Assembly (NCBI GenBank): GCA_964551295.1
Contig: CAZKDJ010000003.1
Coordinates: 510-64,509, forward strand
Direction of reading: 5' to 3'
Source of the DNA: an uncultured Anaerolineales bacterium
GTDB taxonomy: Bacteria > Chloroflexota > Anaerolineae > B4-G1
Length of the DNA stretch: 64,000 bases
The number at the start of each line of letters is the position of its first letter. The first letter of the stretch is position 1. The position numbers were made by a program, and so were the translations under genes. The notes beneath the pieces are model-generated. The model made no database searches. It saw nothing but the letters and a program-made list of their open reading frames with translations, and had not been told where the DNA came from. This document shows positions 1-8,532 of the stretch, in pieces.

Positions 1-225
1 GCGGGCGTACTGGACGGGATAGGGGTCGTTCAGGCCGTATTCCTCGATGATGTGCTGGCGCAATGCTTCTGGATTACGCGACTTGCCCCCGCGTGGCTCG
101 TATAGACTGACCCGCGCCTCAATCGGTGCCAGCATCACGATGCCGTATAGCACGACGGTGATGACCAGAAGTGTGAGGGGTACCGCCAGCAAGCGGCGGA
201 TGATGAACTTGAGCATAGGTGGCAT
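1..225 (-). CDS. ABC transporter permease (OppB/DppB family), N-terminal part; the gene continues past the window edge
   Basis: Reverse-strand translation from the ATG at 225 gives MPPMLKFIIRRLLAVPLTLLVITVVLYGIVMLAPIEARVSLYEPRGG..., a typical N-terminus of peptide/nickel ABC permeases. The ORF is open to position 1. Confidence 0.7.
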   Translation of the reverse strand, partial: MPPMLKFIIRRLLAVPLTLLVITVVLYGIVMLAPIEARVSLYEPRGGKSRNPEALRQHIIEEYGLNDPYPVQYAR

Positions 226-266
226 ACGGGTGTACTCCCGGGGTCGGTGTGACAGGGTGCGGCTCT

Positions 267-1460
267 CTAGGGCACTGACCGGCCCACTTTCTCGCATTGA
301 TCGATCTGGACTGACGATGTCCCGTGGAAACGGCAGACCATCTCGAAGCCAGTGTCAAATCGGGCCGACATAAAGACCCAACCTCCCTGCTGCCCCGCCC
401 TGGTTGCCTGGTAGCTTTCACTGAGCTGATCGTTATGGCTCCTCAGCCAGCTTATGACGTCGTCCTCAACGCTCAGGGAGCGCATGGGATCATCGATCCA
501 GCGACGCTCGCCGGTGAGGCTTGCGTGGATCAGGTCGTCCATCCAGCCGGCGTACTTTTTGGAGATGTCGGTGCAGATGAGGACCCTGTGTTCCGGCGAG
601 AGAAACATACCCACCTCTGTCGTCTCGCAGCGCAGGACGAAGCCGTCTTCAAACACTGCATCTACCTGGGTGGAGGTGTAACCACCTATGTCCCGATAGC
701 CCGCCAGGTGAATCAGATAGTTCTGCGACAAGTCATTGTAAAAGGTGTCGATGGCGAAATAGTTCAGGCCGCGTTGTCTGAACGCCTCCTCATCCGCTCC
801 AGAGAGTGCGAGCGCGACCGACTCGCTCACCCGTTGCTGGGGAACCCGCACGCGCTGATAGACCAGGTCCTCGGCGAGCGTCGCCAGGGGGATGACCAAG
901 GGGATGCATACGAGCAGGACAGTCCACGATTGAAGACTCATCCTGCCCTGTGGGGTGGCGCGGTCCCAGGCCCACTGTACGGCCAGGCTTTCGAAAAAGC
1001 CCACTGCGATTCCTATCCCGCCTCCTATGAGGAGCAAAAGCTCGGTCCTTGTCTGGGCCGATTCTCCGTAGGGGAACACCAGCAACCCCCACAGACGTCG
1101 ATCCGCAAGCCACGCGGTCACGTTTCCGCCATCGAAGGGTATGCGTCCTGTCAACCAACCCAGCAGCGCGCCTGCGACTGCCCATAGCGCGATATAGACC
1201 GCCGTCGAGGAGAACAAGCTCGCCAGCCAACTGACCAAGCCGGCGATGATCACAACTATCGGGAGACCGAGGAGCAGCTTGGCCCACGCCATATTCGCCC
1301 TGGCCGAAGCCAGCAGCGCGGCATCGCGTCCCCACACGATCAGGGCAAAGCTCAGGCCAAAGACGAGGCCGTATGCTGCCCCGGCGGACCGAGTGAGTTT
1401 GCTCGCCTCTGCCTCACGGCGTCGATCTGTCTCAGAATCAGAAAGGGGTCTGTCGCTCAT
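267..1460 (-). CDS. hypothetical polytopic membrane protein with a soluble C-terminal domain
   Basis: 397-aa ORF. The N-terminal half has several hydrophobic helices; codon third-position GC is typical of the host. It lies directly upstream of the permease on the same strand. No recognisable family. Confidence 0.5.
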   Translation of the reverse strand: MSDRPLSDSETDRRREAEASKLTRSAGAAYGLVFGLSFALIVWGRDAALLASARANMAWAKLLLGLPIVVIIAGLVSWLASLFSSTAVYIALWAVAGALLGWLTGRIPFDGGNVTAWLADRRLWGLLVFPYGESAQTRTELLLLIGGGIGIAVGFFESLAVQWAWDRATPQGRMSLQSWTVLLVCIPLVIPLATLAEDLVYQRVRVPQQRVSESVALALSGADEEAFRQRGLNYFAIDTFYNDLSQNYLIHLAGYRDIGGYTSTQVDAVFEDGFVLRCETTEVGMFLSPEHRVLICTDISKKYAGWMDDLIHASLTGERRWIDDPMRSLSVEDDVISWLRSHNDQLSESYQATRAGQQGGWVFMSARFDTGFEMVCRFHGTSSVQIDQCEKVGRSVP

Positions 1461-1613
1461 CGTCTGTCATTAGGAATTCTATCGAGGTTGGAGTGATTGT
1501 TCTATATTACCACAGGATGGGTGGGCGGCCAAATCGTGCCGGGAAAGGGGTGCGCTTGTGGTTTGAGGCAAAGGCAATCTCGCCACGCAAGATGAAGAGA
1601 TAGGTACACTCCA

Positions 1614-1642
1614 GTTGACGGGTTTGACCGTAGATTGTAGAA
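1614..1642 (+). promoter_or_regulatory. sigma70-like promoter TTGACG-17-TAGAAT upstream of the SBP gene
   Basis: TTGACGggtttgaccgtagattgTAGAAT read directly; about 200 nt upstream of the ATG at 1854. Confidence 0.4.
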
Positions 1643-1853
1643 TTGGCGAACTCGCGGCGCAAGAGTTCCGTGTCGGGAGAGCGAACGCTGGGTGCTCACC
1701 GGCATTCGAGAGCTATGATTGGGGCACTATGCCTCCTGGCTGGTAGAGTAGGCTCATCCAGAGGTTGCCCTCCGGCCCGTGTGGTGTTATACTCGATTTC
1801 TAAGGAGGACGCCTTCTGAAGGAGGATGCCCTCCATAAGGAGGATACAGATAG

Positions 1854-3776
1854 ATGTTGCACCAACGGCAAACCATCTTTTCTGTCTTGGCAGTGGCCAC
1901 GTTGTTGCTTGCCGCCTGTACTCCCCAGATCGTGACAGTCCAGGTGACGGTGCCGCCGGAGACGGTGGTGGTTACTACGACGCCGACTCGCTCGCCTCGT
2001 CCCACACCACTGGGACCCAAGATGGTCACCATCTGTGTGGTCGGCGAGCCAGATACCCTCTACCTGTATGGCGACTCACAGATAGAGGCCACGCAACACG
2101 TCATGGAGGCGCTCTACGATGGCCCCATTGACTACCGGGATTACGTTTACCATCCGGTGATTCTCCAAAGGTTGCCCAGTCTGGAAAACGGAGATGCCAT
2201 CATCCGTACCGCGAGCGTACGAACGGGCAGCACGGTGGTCAACGCTGCAGGAGAGGTCGTGAGCCTGGTCGAGGGGATGCTCGTCCATCCGGCCGGTTGC
2301 CGCACGGAAGAGTGCGCGGTCGAGTTTGACGGTGAGCCGTTGCAGATGGACAAGATGGAGGTTAGGTTCTTGCTCCGGGAAGACGTCACCTGGTCCGATG
2401 GCGAGCCGCTCACGGCGGACGATTCCGCATTTGCCTTCGAGGTGGCCTCCGATGCCGCCACGCCCGGCCGCCGCTATCTGGTGGAGCGCACGGGCCAGTA
2501 CTATGCGCAGGGCGACTGGCGCGTCAAATGGATCGGTCTGCCTGGCTTTATCCCCCCCACATATTTCATGAACTTTTTCGTCCCGCTTCCGCGTCACCAG
2601 TTGGACGGGCGCTCCCCGGCTTCCTTGTTGCGGACCGAGGAGACGCGACGCGCTCCCTTGGGTTGGGGGCCATTCGTGGTCGACGAGTGGGTAACGGGAG
2701 AGTACATCGCGCTTTCGCGTAACCCGCATTACTTTCGGGCGAGCGATGGGCTGCCGTACTTGGATGGGGTCCTGTTCCGCTTCGCCTCCAGCGGACCCGA
2801 GATGCTATCGTACATCCTTTCGGGTGAGTGCGACGTCGGCACCCGCGACGCCGAGTTTGAATCGCTCCTGCCGACGTTGGCCCAGGTGGAGGAAGAGGGT
2901 CTGTTGCGCATGGTCACCACGCCCAGCGATAGCTGGGAGCAGATCGACTTTGGCATCTCTTCAGTCTCCAGCTACCGGCGTCCCGACTTTTTCGGTGACG
3001 TGCGCGTGCGGCAGGCCGTTGCCCAGTGCATCGATCGCTGGGCCATTGTGGATGAAGTCACATATGGCCGCAGCGTCGTGCCCGATGGTTACCTGCCGCC
3101 GATGCACCCCCTCTACGCCGTCGACGACCTGGCGTACTGGGATTATGATCCCCTGGCCGGGCAGGCGCTCTTGGAGGAGGTAGGCTGGTTCGATGAGGAC
3201 GGGGATGGCGTGCGTGAAGCCAGGGGCATATCCGAGATCCGCAACGGCACGCCGTTCGAGGTGACGCTGCTGGTGACTGCAGATAGCGTGGCCTCGACAC
3301 AAGTAGCCCCCATCGTCAAAACCAATTTGGCGGACTGTGGCATTCGCGTTACCGTGGAGCCTACGCCTGCGTGGAGGCTTTTTGCCGACGGCCCCGAAGG
3401 CTCGTTCTTTGGCCGCCAGTTCGACCTGGTCGAAACGAGACGGCAGTTCAACCTGTTCCCGGAATGTGAGTACTATGTATCCTCCGAGATTCCCGACAAG
3501 GGACAATGGTACGGAAAGAATGCCAGCGGTTACGCCAGTGAGGATTACGATGCCGCCTGCCAGGCGGCGCTCCAGGCGCTGCCCGGCACCTCCGAATATG
3601 AAACCTACCACAGACAGACGCAAACCACCTTTTCTGAGGATCTCCCCGCCATTCCGCTGTTTATGTGGCTACGGGTCGCCCTGGTGCGGCCGAACGTGTT
3701 GAACTTTACGCTGGACGCCACCTCACCGAGCGAGTTGTGGAACATCGAGATACTCGACGTCGAATTGGCAGAGTAG
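1854..3776 (+). CDS. ABC transporter substrate-binding lipoprotein, family 5 (peptide/nickel, DppA/OppA-like)
   Basis: 640 aa. Lipoprotein signal MLHQRQTIFSVLAVATLLLAAC followed by a Thr/Pro-rich linker, then a family-5 SBP fold. The AAGGAGGA RBS lies 9 nt upstream of the ATG. Confidence 0.9.
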   Translation: MLHQRQTIFSVLAVATLLLAACTPQIVTVQVTVPPETVVVTTTPTRSPRPTPLGPKMVTICVVGEPDTLYLYGDSQIEATQHVMEALYDGPIDYRDYVYHPVILQRLPSLENGDAIIRTASVRTGSTVVNAAGEVVSLVEGMLVHPAGCRTEECAVEFDGEPLQMDKMEVRFLLREDVTWSDGEPLTADDSAFAFEVASDAATPGRRYLVERTGQYYAQGDWRVKWIGLPGFIPPTYFMNFFVPLPRHQLDGRSPASLLRTEETRRAPLGWGPFVVDEWVTGEYIALSRNPHYFRASDGLPYLDGVLFRFASSGPEMLSYILSGECDVGTRDAEFESLLPTLAQVEEEGLLRMVTTPSDSWEQIDFGISSVSSYRRPDFFGDVRVRQAVAQCIDRWAIVDEVTYGRSVVPDGYLPPMHPLYAVDDLAYWDYDPLAGQALLEEVGWFDEDGDGVREARGISEIRNGTPFEVTLLVTADSVASTQVAPIVKTNLADCGIRVTVEPTPAWRLFADGPEGSFFGRQFDLVETRRQFNLFPECEYYVSSEIPDKGQWYGKNASGYASEDYDAACQAALQALPGTSEYETYHRQTQTTFSEDLPAIPLFMWLRVALVRPNVLNFTLDATSPSELWNIEILDVELAE

Positions 3777-3808
3777 GTGTTCTGTGGGGGTATGATCAGT
3801 CACGTTAC

Positions 3809-4594
3809 ATGAGGAACATGCACGATTACGATCCGGCACGGCAAGCAGGGCGAGGTCCGCTAGCCCAGACTTTTATCTGGGGAGGGCTTTCGCTGCTCCT
3901 CATTGGTGGTTTCTTGCTTCATCCCTATGTAGGCTCCCGCCTGGCTGCTCCTCTTCCCACCCCGACAGGTGTATCGCGCACTTGGGTTCCCACAGCTACC
4001 CGTGCGCCGCTCACTCATACTCCCACACTCACATCAACGCCCACACCCACATCTCAATTCACGTCTACGATCGTTTCCGCGCCCATCCCAACTTCTACTC
4101 CCATACCCATCATTCCAGATCGTATCGTCATTCCGGTCATCGACCTGAATGCACCCGTGGTGCCGGTCTCTTGGACGGTGGTCGAGGTGGATGGACAAGA
4201 GCAGCCGATGTGGGATCTGCCGGACACGCGCGCCGCCGGCTGGCACGTGACCTCGGCGTCGTTAGGTGTGCCCGGCAACACCGTGCTCAACGGTCACAAT
4301 ACCAACAACGGCGAGATCTTTCGCGATCTCTACAAGCTGGAGACCGGTGACGTGATCGTTCTCTACGCGGACAGGACGGCCTATACCTACGCCGTCACGC
4401 AGACGCTGATCCTGCCCGAGGCAGGCCAACCCTTGGAGGTACGCATCGAGAACGCGCATTACATTGAACCTACGGAAGACGAGCGGCTCACGCTGGTCAC
4501 TTGCCATCCCTATGGCAGTCTGCGCAATCGGTTGATCGTCATTGCGCGTCCGGTCGAACGTTCGACACCGATGGGTCCCTATCCTGAGAGGTGA
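3809..4594 (+). CDS. sortase (class E-like transpeptidase)
   Basis: Membrane anchor, a Thr/Pro-rich linker, a catalytic His in VLNGHNT and the TLVTCHPYG (TLxTC) active-site motif. Start chosen at ATG 3809 (MRNMHDY...) because the upstream part of the ORF overlaps the SBP gene. Confidence 0.75.
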   Translation: MRNMHDYDPARQAGRGPLAQTFIWGGLSLLLIGGFLLHPYVGSRLAAPLPTPTGVSRTWVPTATRAPLTHTPTLTSTPTPTSQFTSTIVSAPIPTSTPIPIIPDRIVIPVIDLNAPVVPVSWTVVEVDGQEQPMWDLPDTRAAGWHVTSASLGVPGNTVLNGHNTNNGEIFRDLYKLETGDVIVLYADRTAYTYAVTQTLILPEAGQPLEVRIENAHYIEPTEDERLTLVTCHPYGSLRNRLIVIARPVERSTPMGPYPER

Positions 4595-5127
4595 AAATGA
4601 CCAGAAACGATTCTTTATTGGATGTCCCTTTGGTCTCCCGCGTGCGCCGCAACCACGCCCTGGAGCACGCGACGATGAACGTTCTCGGCGAGCGGCACAA
4701 AGCGCACAGGTTGGTGGGGCGTTCCTCAGTCGGGGGATTCTACATATACGGCGATGTGTCCGCCGGGGACGTGATCGCCGCCGCTCAGGAGGGGTTGCGA
4801 CGGCTAAAGGCCGGGCGGCGGGAGATGGCCATCCATCCCACCTGTGGCACCAACATGGCCGCCGCCGGGATACTTGCCGGGGTGGGCGCCTTTCTGGCCT
4901 TGGGAGGCCTATCGAGGAACCACCCCAAGAATCTTTCCCAGAGTCTCATCCGTCTGCCGCTGGCTTGCGCTGCGGCGATGGTGGGGATTTTCTTGGCACA
5001 ACCGTTGGGACCGTTGCTCCAGGCCCGCGTGACCACGCAGGCCGACGTCGGCGATATGCGCATCGTCGACGTCGCGCGAGAGCGGCGGGCCGGCGTTCTC
5101 GTTCACCACGTCCACACGGGCGGATGA
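4591..5127 (+). CDS. hypothetical conserved protein (NHALEH / HPTCGTN motifs, hydrophobic C-terminal half)
   Basis: 178-aa ORF with an ATGA overlap onto the sortase stop; coding-like composition. Family not recognised. Confidence 0.5.
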   Translation: MKMTRNDSLLDVPLVSRVRRNHALEHATMNVLGERHKAHRLVGRSSVGGFYIYGDVSAGDVIAAAQEGLRRLKAGRREMAIHPTCGTNMAAAGILAGVGAFLALGGLSRNHPKNLSQSLIRLPLACAAAMVGIFLAQPLGPLLQARVTTQADVGDMRIVDVARERRAGVLVHHVHTGG

Positions 5128-5181
5128 GTACATCCGCAAGATGAGTACATCATCCGTCAGATGAGCACGCCCGAGGGGTAG

Positions 5182-6165
5182 ATGGCTGGATCCGCACCGA
5201 CTTTTTACGTCTTTCATGGTAGCGACGAGTTCACCCGCGCTGAGACGCTGGCCGAATTCAGGGGCCGCCTCGGCCCGGCCGATACAGCGGACCTGAACAC
5301 CACGTACCTCGACGGGCGAAAGGCCTCGCTGGCTGAACTGCATCACGCCTGTGACGCCATTCCCTTCCTGGCTGAAAAGAGGCTCGTCATCGTCGAGGGC
5401 CTGCTGGCGCGAGCTGCCAAGCAAGAAAAGCTCCTTGACGAGTTAGCCGAGTATCTCCTTCGATTGCCAGAGACGACCCGCTTGGTGTTCGTCGAAGAGG
5501 ATCCGCTGCCGGACAATCACCCTATTCTTCGACTGGCGAAACAGGACGCGCACGGGTACGCCAAGCGATTCGACCCGCCGGACGCAAAAGCGCTGCCTCA
5601 CTGGATTGCAGAGCGTGTCGACAAGCACGGCGGCGAGATCGAGCCTCGGGCGGCGGCGCAGCTCGCCGCCGCCGTCGGTGCGGACCTGCGGCTGCTCGAC
5701 CAGGAGATGGTCAAGCTGGTGACCTACGTCAACGCGGAGCGGCCTATCACGACGGCGGACGTGGACGAGGTCGTGCCCTATGCCCAGGCTGCCGTCATCT
5801 TCGACTTGGTGGATGCCCTCGGCCGGCGCGATGGCCGTACCGCCGCCCAGACGCTCCACCGTCTGCTGGACGCGGGCGAGCATCCACTGGGCCTGCTGGC
5901 GATGATCGTGCGCCAGTTCCGGCTCTTGATCCAGGTCAAGGAACTGAAGGTGGAGGGAGCCGATTCGCGGGCCATCGCCAAGGAGCTGGGTATCCATCCC
6001 TTCCCCGCGCGCAAGCTTCACAATCAGGCCACCTACTTTACTCCCGTCCAACTGGAGGCGGTGTACCGCCACCTGCTTGAAACCGACGTGGACATCAAGA
6101 GCGGGGAGATCGAGGCGGAGGTAGCGCTCGACCTGTTGGTGGCGGGGTTGGCGGCGACCGAGTAA
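5182..6165 (+). CDS. holA: DNA polymerase III subunit delta
   Basis: 327 aa. The N-terminus YVFHGSDEF..., the central region and C-terminal helices match HolA architecture. Confidence 0.85.
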   Translation: MAGSAPTFYVFHGSDEFTRAETLAEFRGRLGPADTADLNTTYLDGRKASLAELHHACDAIPFLAEKRLVIVEGLLARAAKQEKLLDELAEYLLRLPETTRLVFVEEDPLPDNHPILRLAKQDAHGYAKRFDPPDAKALPHWIAERVDKHGGEIEPRAAAQLAAAVGADLRLLDQEMVKLVTYVNAERPITTADVDEVVPYAQAAVIFDLVDALGRRDGRTAAQTLHRLLDAGEHPLGLLAMIVRQFRLLIQVKELKVEGADSRAIAKELGIHPFPARKLHNQATYFTPVQLEAVYRHLLETDVDIKSGEIEAEVALDLLVAGLAATE

Positions 6166-6172
6166 CGAAAAA

Positions 6173-6199
6173 CGCCGGGGATGTCCCCGGCGCTTTTTT
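6173..6199 (+). terminator. rho-independent terminator after holA
   Basis: Hairpin cgccggggATGTccccggcg followed by cTTTTTTc. Confidence 0.8.
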
Positions 6200-6220
6200 C
6201 GCTCAGTATGGAACGTTTCC

Positions 6221-6475
6221 TCAGCGCGCAGCTTTTCCTAGGCGGCGTTTCCCCTCTCGCCCCAGCCAAAAGTGATGCCGCAGTACAGAGTTGGATGCCA
6301 TCACACGCACCCCACCCACTTCTTTGACTTTGCCATTGTCCTTTAGAATCGAGGGGTGAACGTAGCAGGCATCGGGTGGCGCGCCGAATTTCTTTCGGTA
6401 CCTGCGCGCCGCCTGGCCCACTTTATCGGCCAGATCGCGCCCTGAATCATCGTACCACAACAGACCCTCTTCCAT
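6221..6475 (-). CDS. small basic hypothetical protein (84 aa), last gene of the LexA-box operon
   Basis: ATG at 6475 lies 2 nt after the stop of the upstream 99-aa gene (TAAcgATG); product MEEGLLWYDDSGRDLADKVGQAARRYRKKFGAPPDACYVHPSILKDNGKVKEVGGVRVMASNSVLRHHFWLGREGKRRLGKAAR. The longer 144-aa reading is rejected because it overlaps the 99-aa gene. Confidence 0.4.
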   Translation of the reverse strand: MEEGLLWYDDSGRDLADKVGQAARRYRKKFGAPPDACYVHPSILKDNGKVKEVGGVRVMASNSVLRHHFWLGREGKRRLGKAAR

Positions 6476-6477
6476 CG

Positions 6478-6777
6478 TTACGCTACCTGCCGCTGCATGT
6501 GCCAGGTGTTGTATCGCACATCCTGGTACACCTCGAACGTGCCCTCGGGGCAGCGCACGCGGAAGCAGTGTCGTTCCACCCGGTTGCCCCTGTTGCGTCG
6601 CGAGACCGTCCAACAGCGCTCGACGGCGCTGACGCGGTAGCGATGCCCGCGCCACACAAAGAGCTTGGGAAAGTAGCCGTGTCGTCGCTCCCGCATGTCG
6701 ATAGACTCGCGACGTCTGCAGCGCTTACCATCGCGTTTTGCCCGCGACTTTCGCCCTAGGCTAATAATAGCGCTCAT
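6478..6777 (-). CDS. small Arg-rich hypothetical protein (99 aa; RHGYFPKLFVWRGHRYRV motif)
   Basis: GGGAGG RBS 9 nt upstream of the ATG at 6777; high codon third-position GC; the start overlaps the stop of the upstream membrane-protein gene, suggesting translational coupling. Confidence 0.5.
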   Translation of the reverse strand: MSAIISLGRKSRAKRDGKRCRRRESIDMRERRHGYFPKLFVWRGHRYRVSAVERCWTVSRRNRGNRVERHCFRVRCPEGTFEVYQDVRYNTWHMQRQVA

Positions 6778-7207
6778 CTGACCTTACCTCCCTATTTTCC
6801 GGTGTTCCTCCAACCACGGTGAATTGTCGCTGAGTCGGCGGCGCCAACGAGGGCGGATACCCGCCGTTCCAGTTGAAGGGCTGCTGCTGCGTGTTGGGTG
6901 GCGCGACCACGATCACCGGTGGATAGGCCCCTTGCTGCTGCGGGTACATCTGCGATTGTCGCGAGTTGTCCCAGTCCGTTGCCGGCTTGTCCCGTCGACG
7001 GGCGATGGCCAGGATGAGCAGGCTGGTTGGGATGGCTGCCCCCACGCCACACACCGCTCCGGCCAGCACCGCCAGCGCCTCGTCACTCAGTCGGTTGCCG
7101 ACGATCACCGCCAGTGTCACTGCGAACGCCAGCGCCACCAGTCCTAGAGCCGCCTTTGGGCTATGGGATTCAGCCGTCCCGCGATCGTCTGATTGTGCCA
7201 TTCGCAT
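6761..7207 (-). CDS. small membrane protein (2 TM helices followed by a Pro/Gln-rich tail)
   Basis: 148 aa. GGAGG RBS. The ATG at 7207 is 4 nt after the FtsK-like stop (TAGacaATG). Two hydrophobic helices (LGLVALAFAVTLAVIV; AVLAGAVCGVGAAIPTSLLILAI), then a Q/P/G-rich C-terminus. Confidence 0.55.
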   Translation of the reverse strand: MRMAQSDDRGTAESHSPKAALGLVALAFAVTLAVIVGNRLSDEALAVLAGAVCGVGAAIPTSLLILAIARRRDKPATDWDNSRQSQMYPQQQGAYPPVIVVAPPNTQQQPFNWNGGYPPSLAPPTQRQFTVVGGTPENREVRSDERYY

Positions 7208-7210
7208 TGT

Positions 7211-8359
7211 CTACATGCCTCCTCTGAATGCCTCGGCCAGTCGTGCCAGCGGCCGCGTCCACGATACCGAGGGCGTCACTGCCTCGTTCTGTGCCAGATA
7301 GGCCACTACCTCGCGGATCTCTTCCGGTGAAACGTGTGCTGCCTGGAAGCGCATCACCCGTCCCTCGGCTATGGCCACAAAGTCTCCTCGACCCATCAAC
7401 CGCTCCGCCCCCGTGCCACTCCAGCCGGTGGCCGTGCGGGCGTCGTTGGCGCAGGTCACGCGCCCCACCAGGCGCACCGGGAAATTCGCCTTGATCAGTG
7501 GGCCCAGCACCTTTGCCGATGGCTTTTGTGTGGCGGCGATGATGTGGATGCCGGCCTCGCGCCCGCGCTGAGTCAGTCGGGTGAGCGCCCACTCTATCTC
7601 TTTGCCCCCCACCATCAGCAAATCCGCCAACTCGTCGATGACTACCACGATGCGGACTATTCCAGTCCGTGGGACTGTTTCACCCTGACTGCCCTGCCTC
7701 TCCATCAAGTGTACCAGGCTTTGAAGCGCCTCTGCCGCTTCATCCGCTTCTCGAATGACGTCGCGCGCCAGATGCGGCAATCCCTGGAAAACGCCAAAGG
7801 CATATCCCTTGGGATCGATCAGCATCAGCCGCAGCCCGCCGACCAGCTCCCTTGTCTGAAATGGCGATGGCGCAGGGTTGGCCATTGCCAGGCTGAGGAT
7901 CATGGTCTGCATCAGAACCGTCTTGCCCGACCCAGTGGTGCCGGCCACCAGGATGTGGGCCACGTCTGGAGAGGACAGCCGAATCAGGAGTGGGGCACCA
8001 TCCTCGCCCAAGCCCAACATGGCGGTCACAGGGGGGATATTGCCGTCTTCCTCATCCAGTTGGCGATAGAGAGGCAGCAACTGCACGGGCATGGGGTCGT
8101 TGCGCGGTACCTCGACGTCCACAGCCGCTCCCCGCCGCGACACCCTGCAATTGGGGGCATCAAGTGCGGCGGCCAATTCCTCACTCAACCCTTTGATTTT
8201 GGAGATTTTTGTTCCTAGCATAGGCAACACCTGAAAGCGAATCCAGCGTGGCGTCACGGTACCGCCGGTCACTCGCGCCGGTATTTTGTGTAGGGACAGG
8301 ACCGCTTCGATCCTGTCGGACTGAAACTCTAATCGCTCGCGCATTGTTGTTTGCTCCAA
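7211..8359 (-). CDS. FtsK/SpoIIIE-family DNA translocase ATPase, motor alpha+beta domains only (no membrane domain, no gamma domain)
   Basis: 382 aa. FtsK alpha-domain-like N-terminus, Walker A VAGTTGSGKT, Walker B VVVIDELADL, and an R-finger region ATQKPS; the protein ends about 40 aa after the motor domain. Confidence 0.85.
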   Translation of the reverse strand: MEQTTMRERLEFQSDRIEAVLSLHKIPARVTGGTVTPRWIRFQVLPMLGTKISKIKGLSEELAAALDAPNCRVSRRGAAVDVEVPRNDPMPVQLLPLYRQLDEEDGNIPPVTAMLGLGEDGAPLLIRLSSPDVAHILVAGTTGSGKTVLMQTMILSLAMANPAPSPFQTRELVGGLRLMLIDPKGYAFGVFQGLPHLARDVIREADEAAEALQSLVHLMERQGSQGETVPRTGIVRIVVVIDELADLLMVGGKEIEWALTRLTQRGREAGIHIIAATQKPSAKVLGPLIKANFPVRLVGRVTCANDARTATGWSGTGAERLMGRGDFVAIAEGRVMRFQAAHVSPEEIREVVAYLAQNEAVTPSVSWTRPLARLAEAFRGGM

Positions 8360-8520
8360 TGATCACCCACGTTGCACACGCCCGCCCTGGTGCCCGAATT
8401 ATGTGGACATAGAATTCTCCAATGAGCTGGTCAAGGTTATCCAATCAACAGCATGCTGCCGCGCCCAGAAACCAGCGCTTTAGAACAAAAGTGCTATACA
8501 ATGGCAGTCACATCATAACA

Positions 8521-8532
8521 GAACATCTGTTC
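8521..8532. promoter_or_regulatory. LexA (Cheo-type) box GAACATCTGTTC (extended AGAACATCTGTTCT) upstream of the FtsK-like operon
   Basis: Perfect GAAC-N4-GTTC palindrome, 162 bp upstream of the ATG at 8359. A one-mismatch second site GAACAAAAGTGC sits at 8483-8494. Confidence 0.65.

Noticed and set aside
324-1187. 287-aa plus-strand ORF
   Set aside because: Lies entirely antisense to the better-supported 397-aa membrane-protein gene. Long antisense ORFs of this kind are expected in high-GC DNA, and it has no RBS and no family signature.
5443-6072. 209-aa minus-strand ORF inside holA
   Set aside because: Antisense to a well-supported HolA CDS; Arg/Gly-rich composition typical of GC-rich off-frame translation.
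6221-6655. 144-aa reading of the last small gene
   Set aside because: Its first 60 codons overlap the 99-aa gene in another frame. The internal ATG at 6475 sits 2 nt after that gene's stop, so the 84-aa product is preferred.
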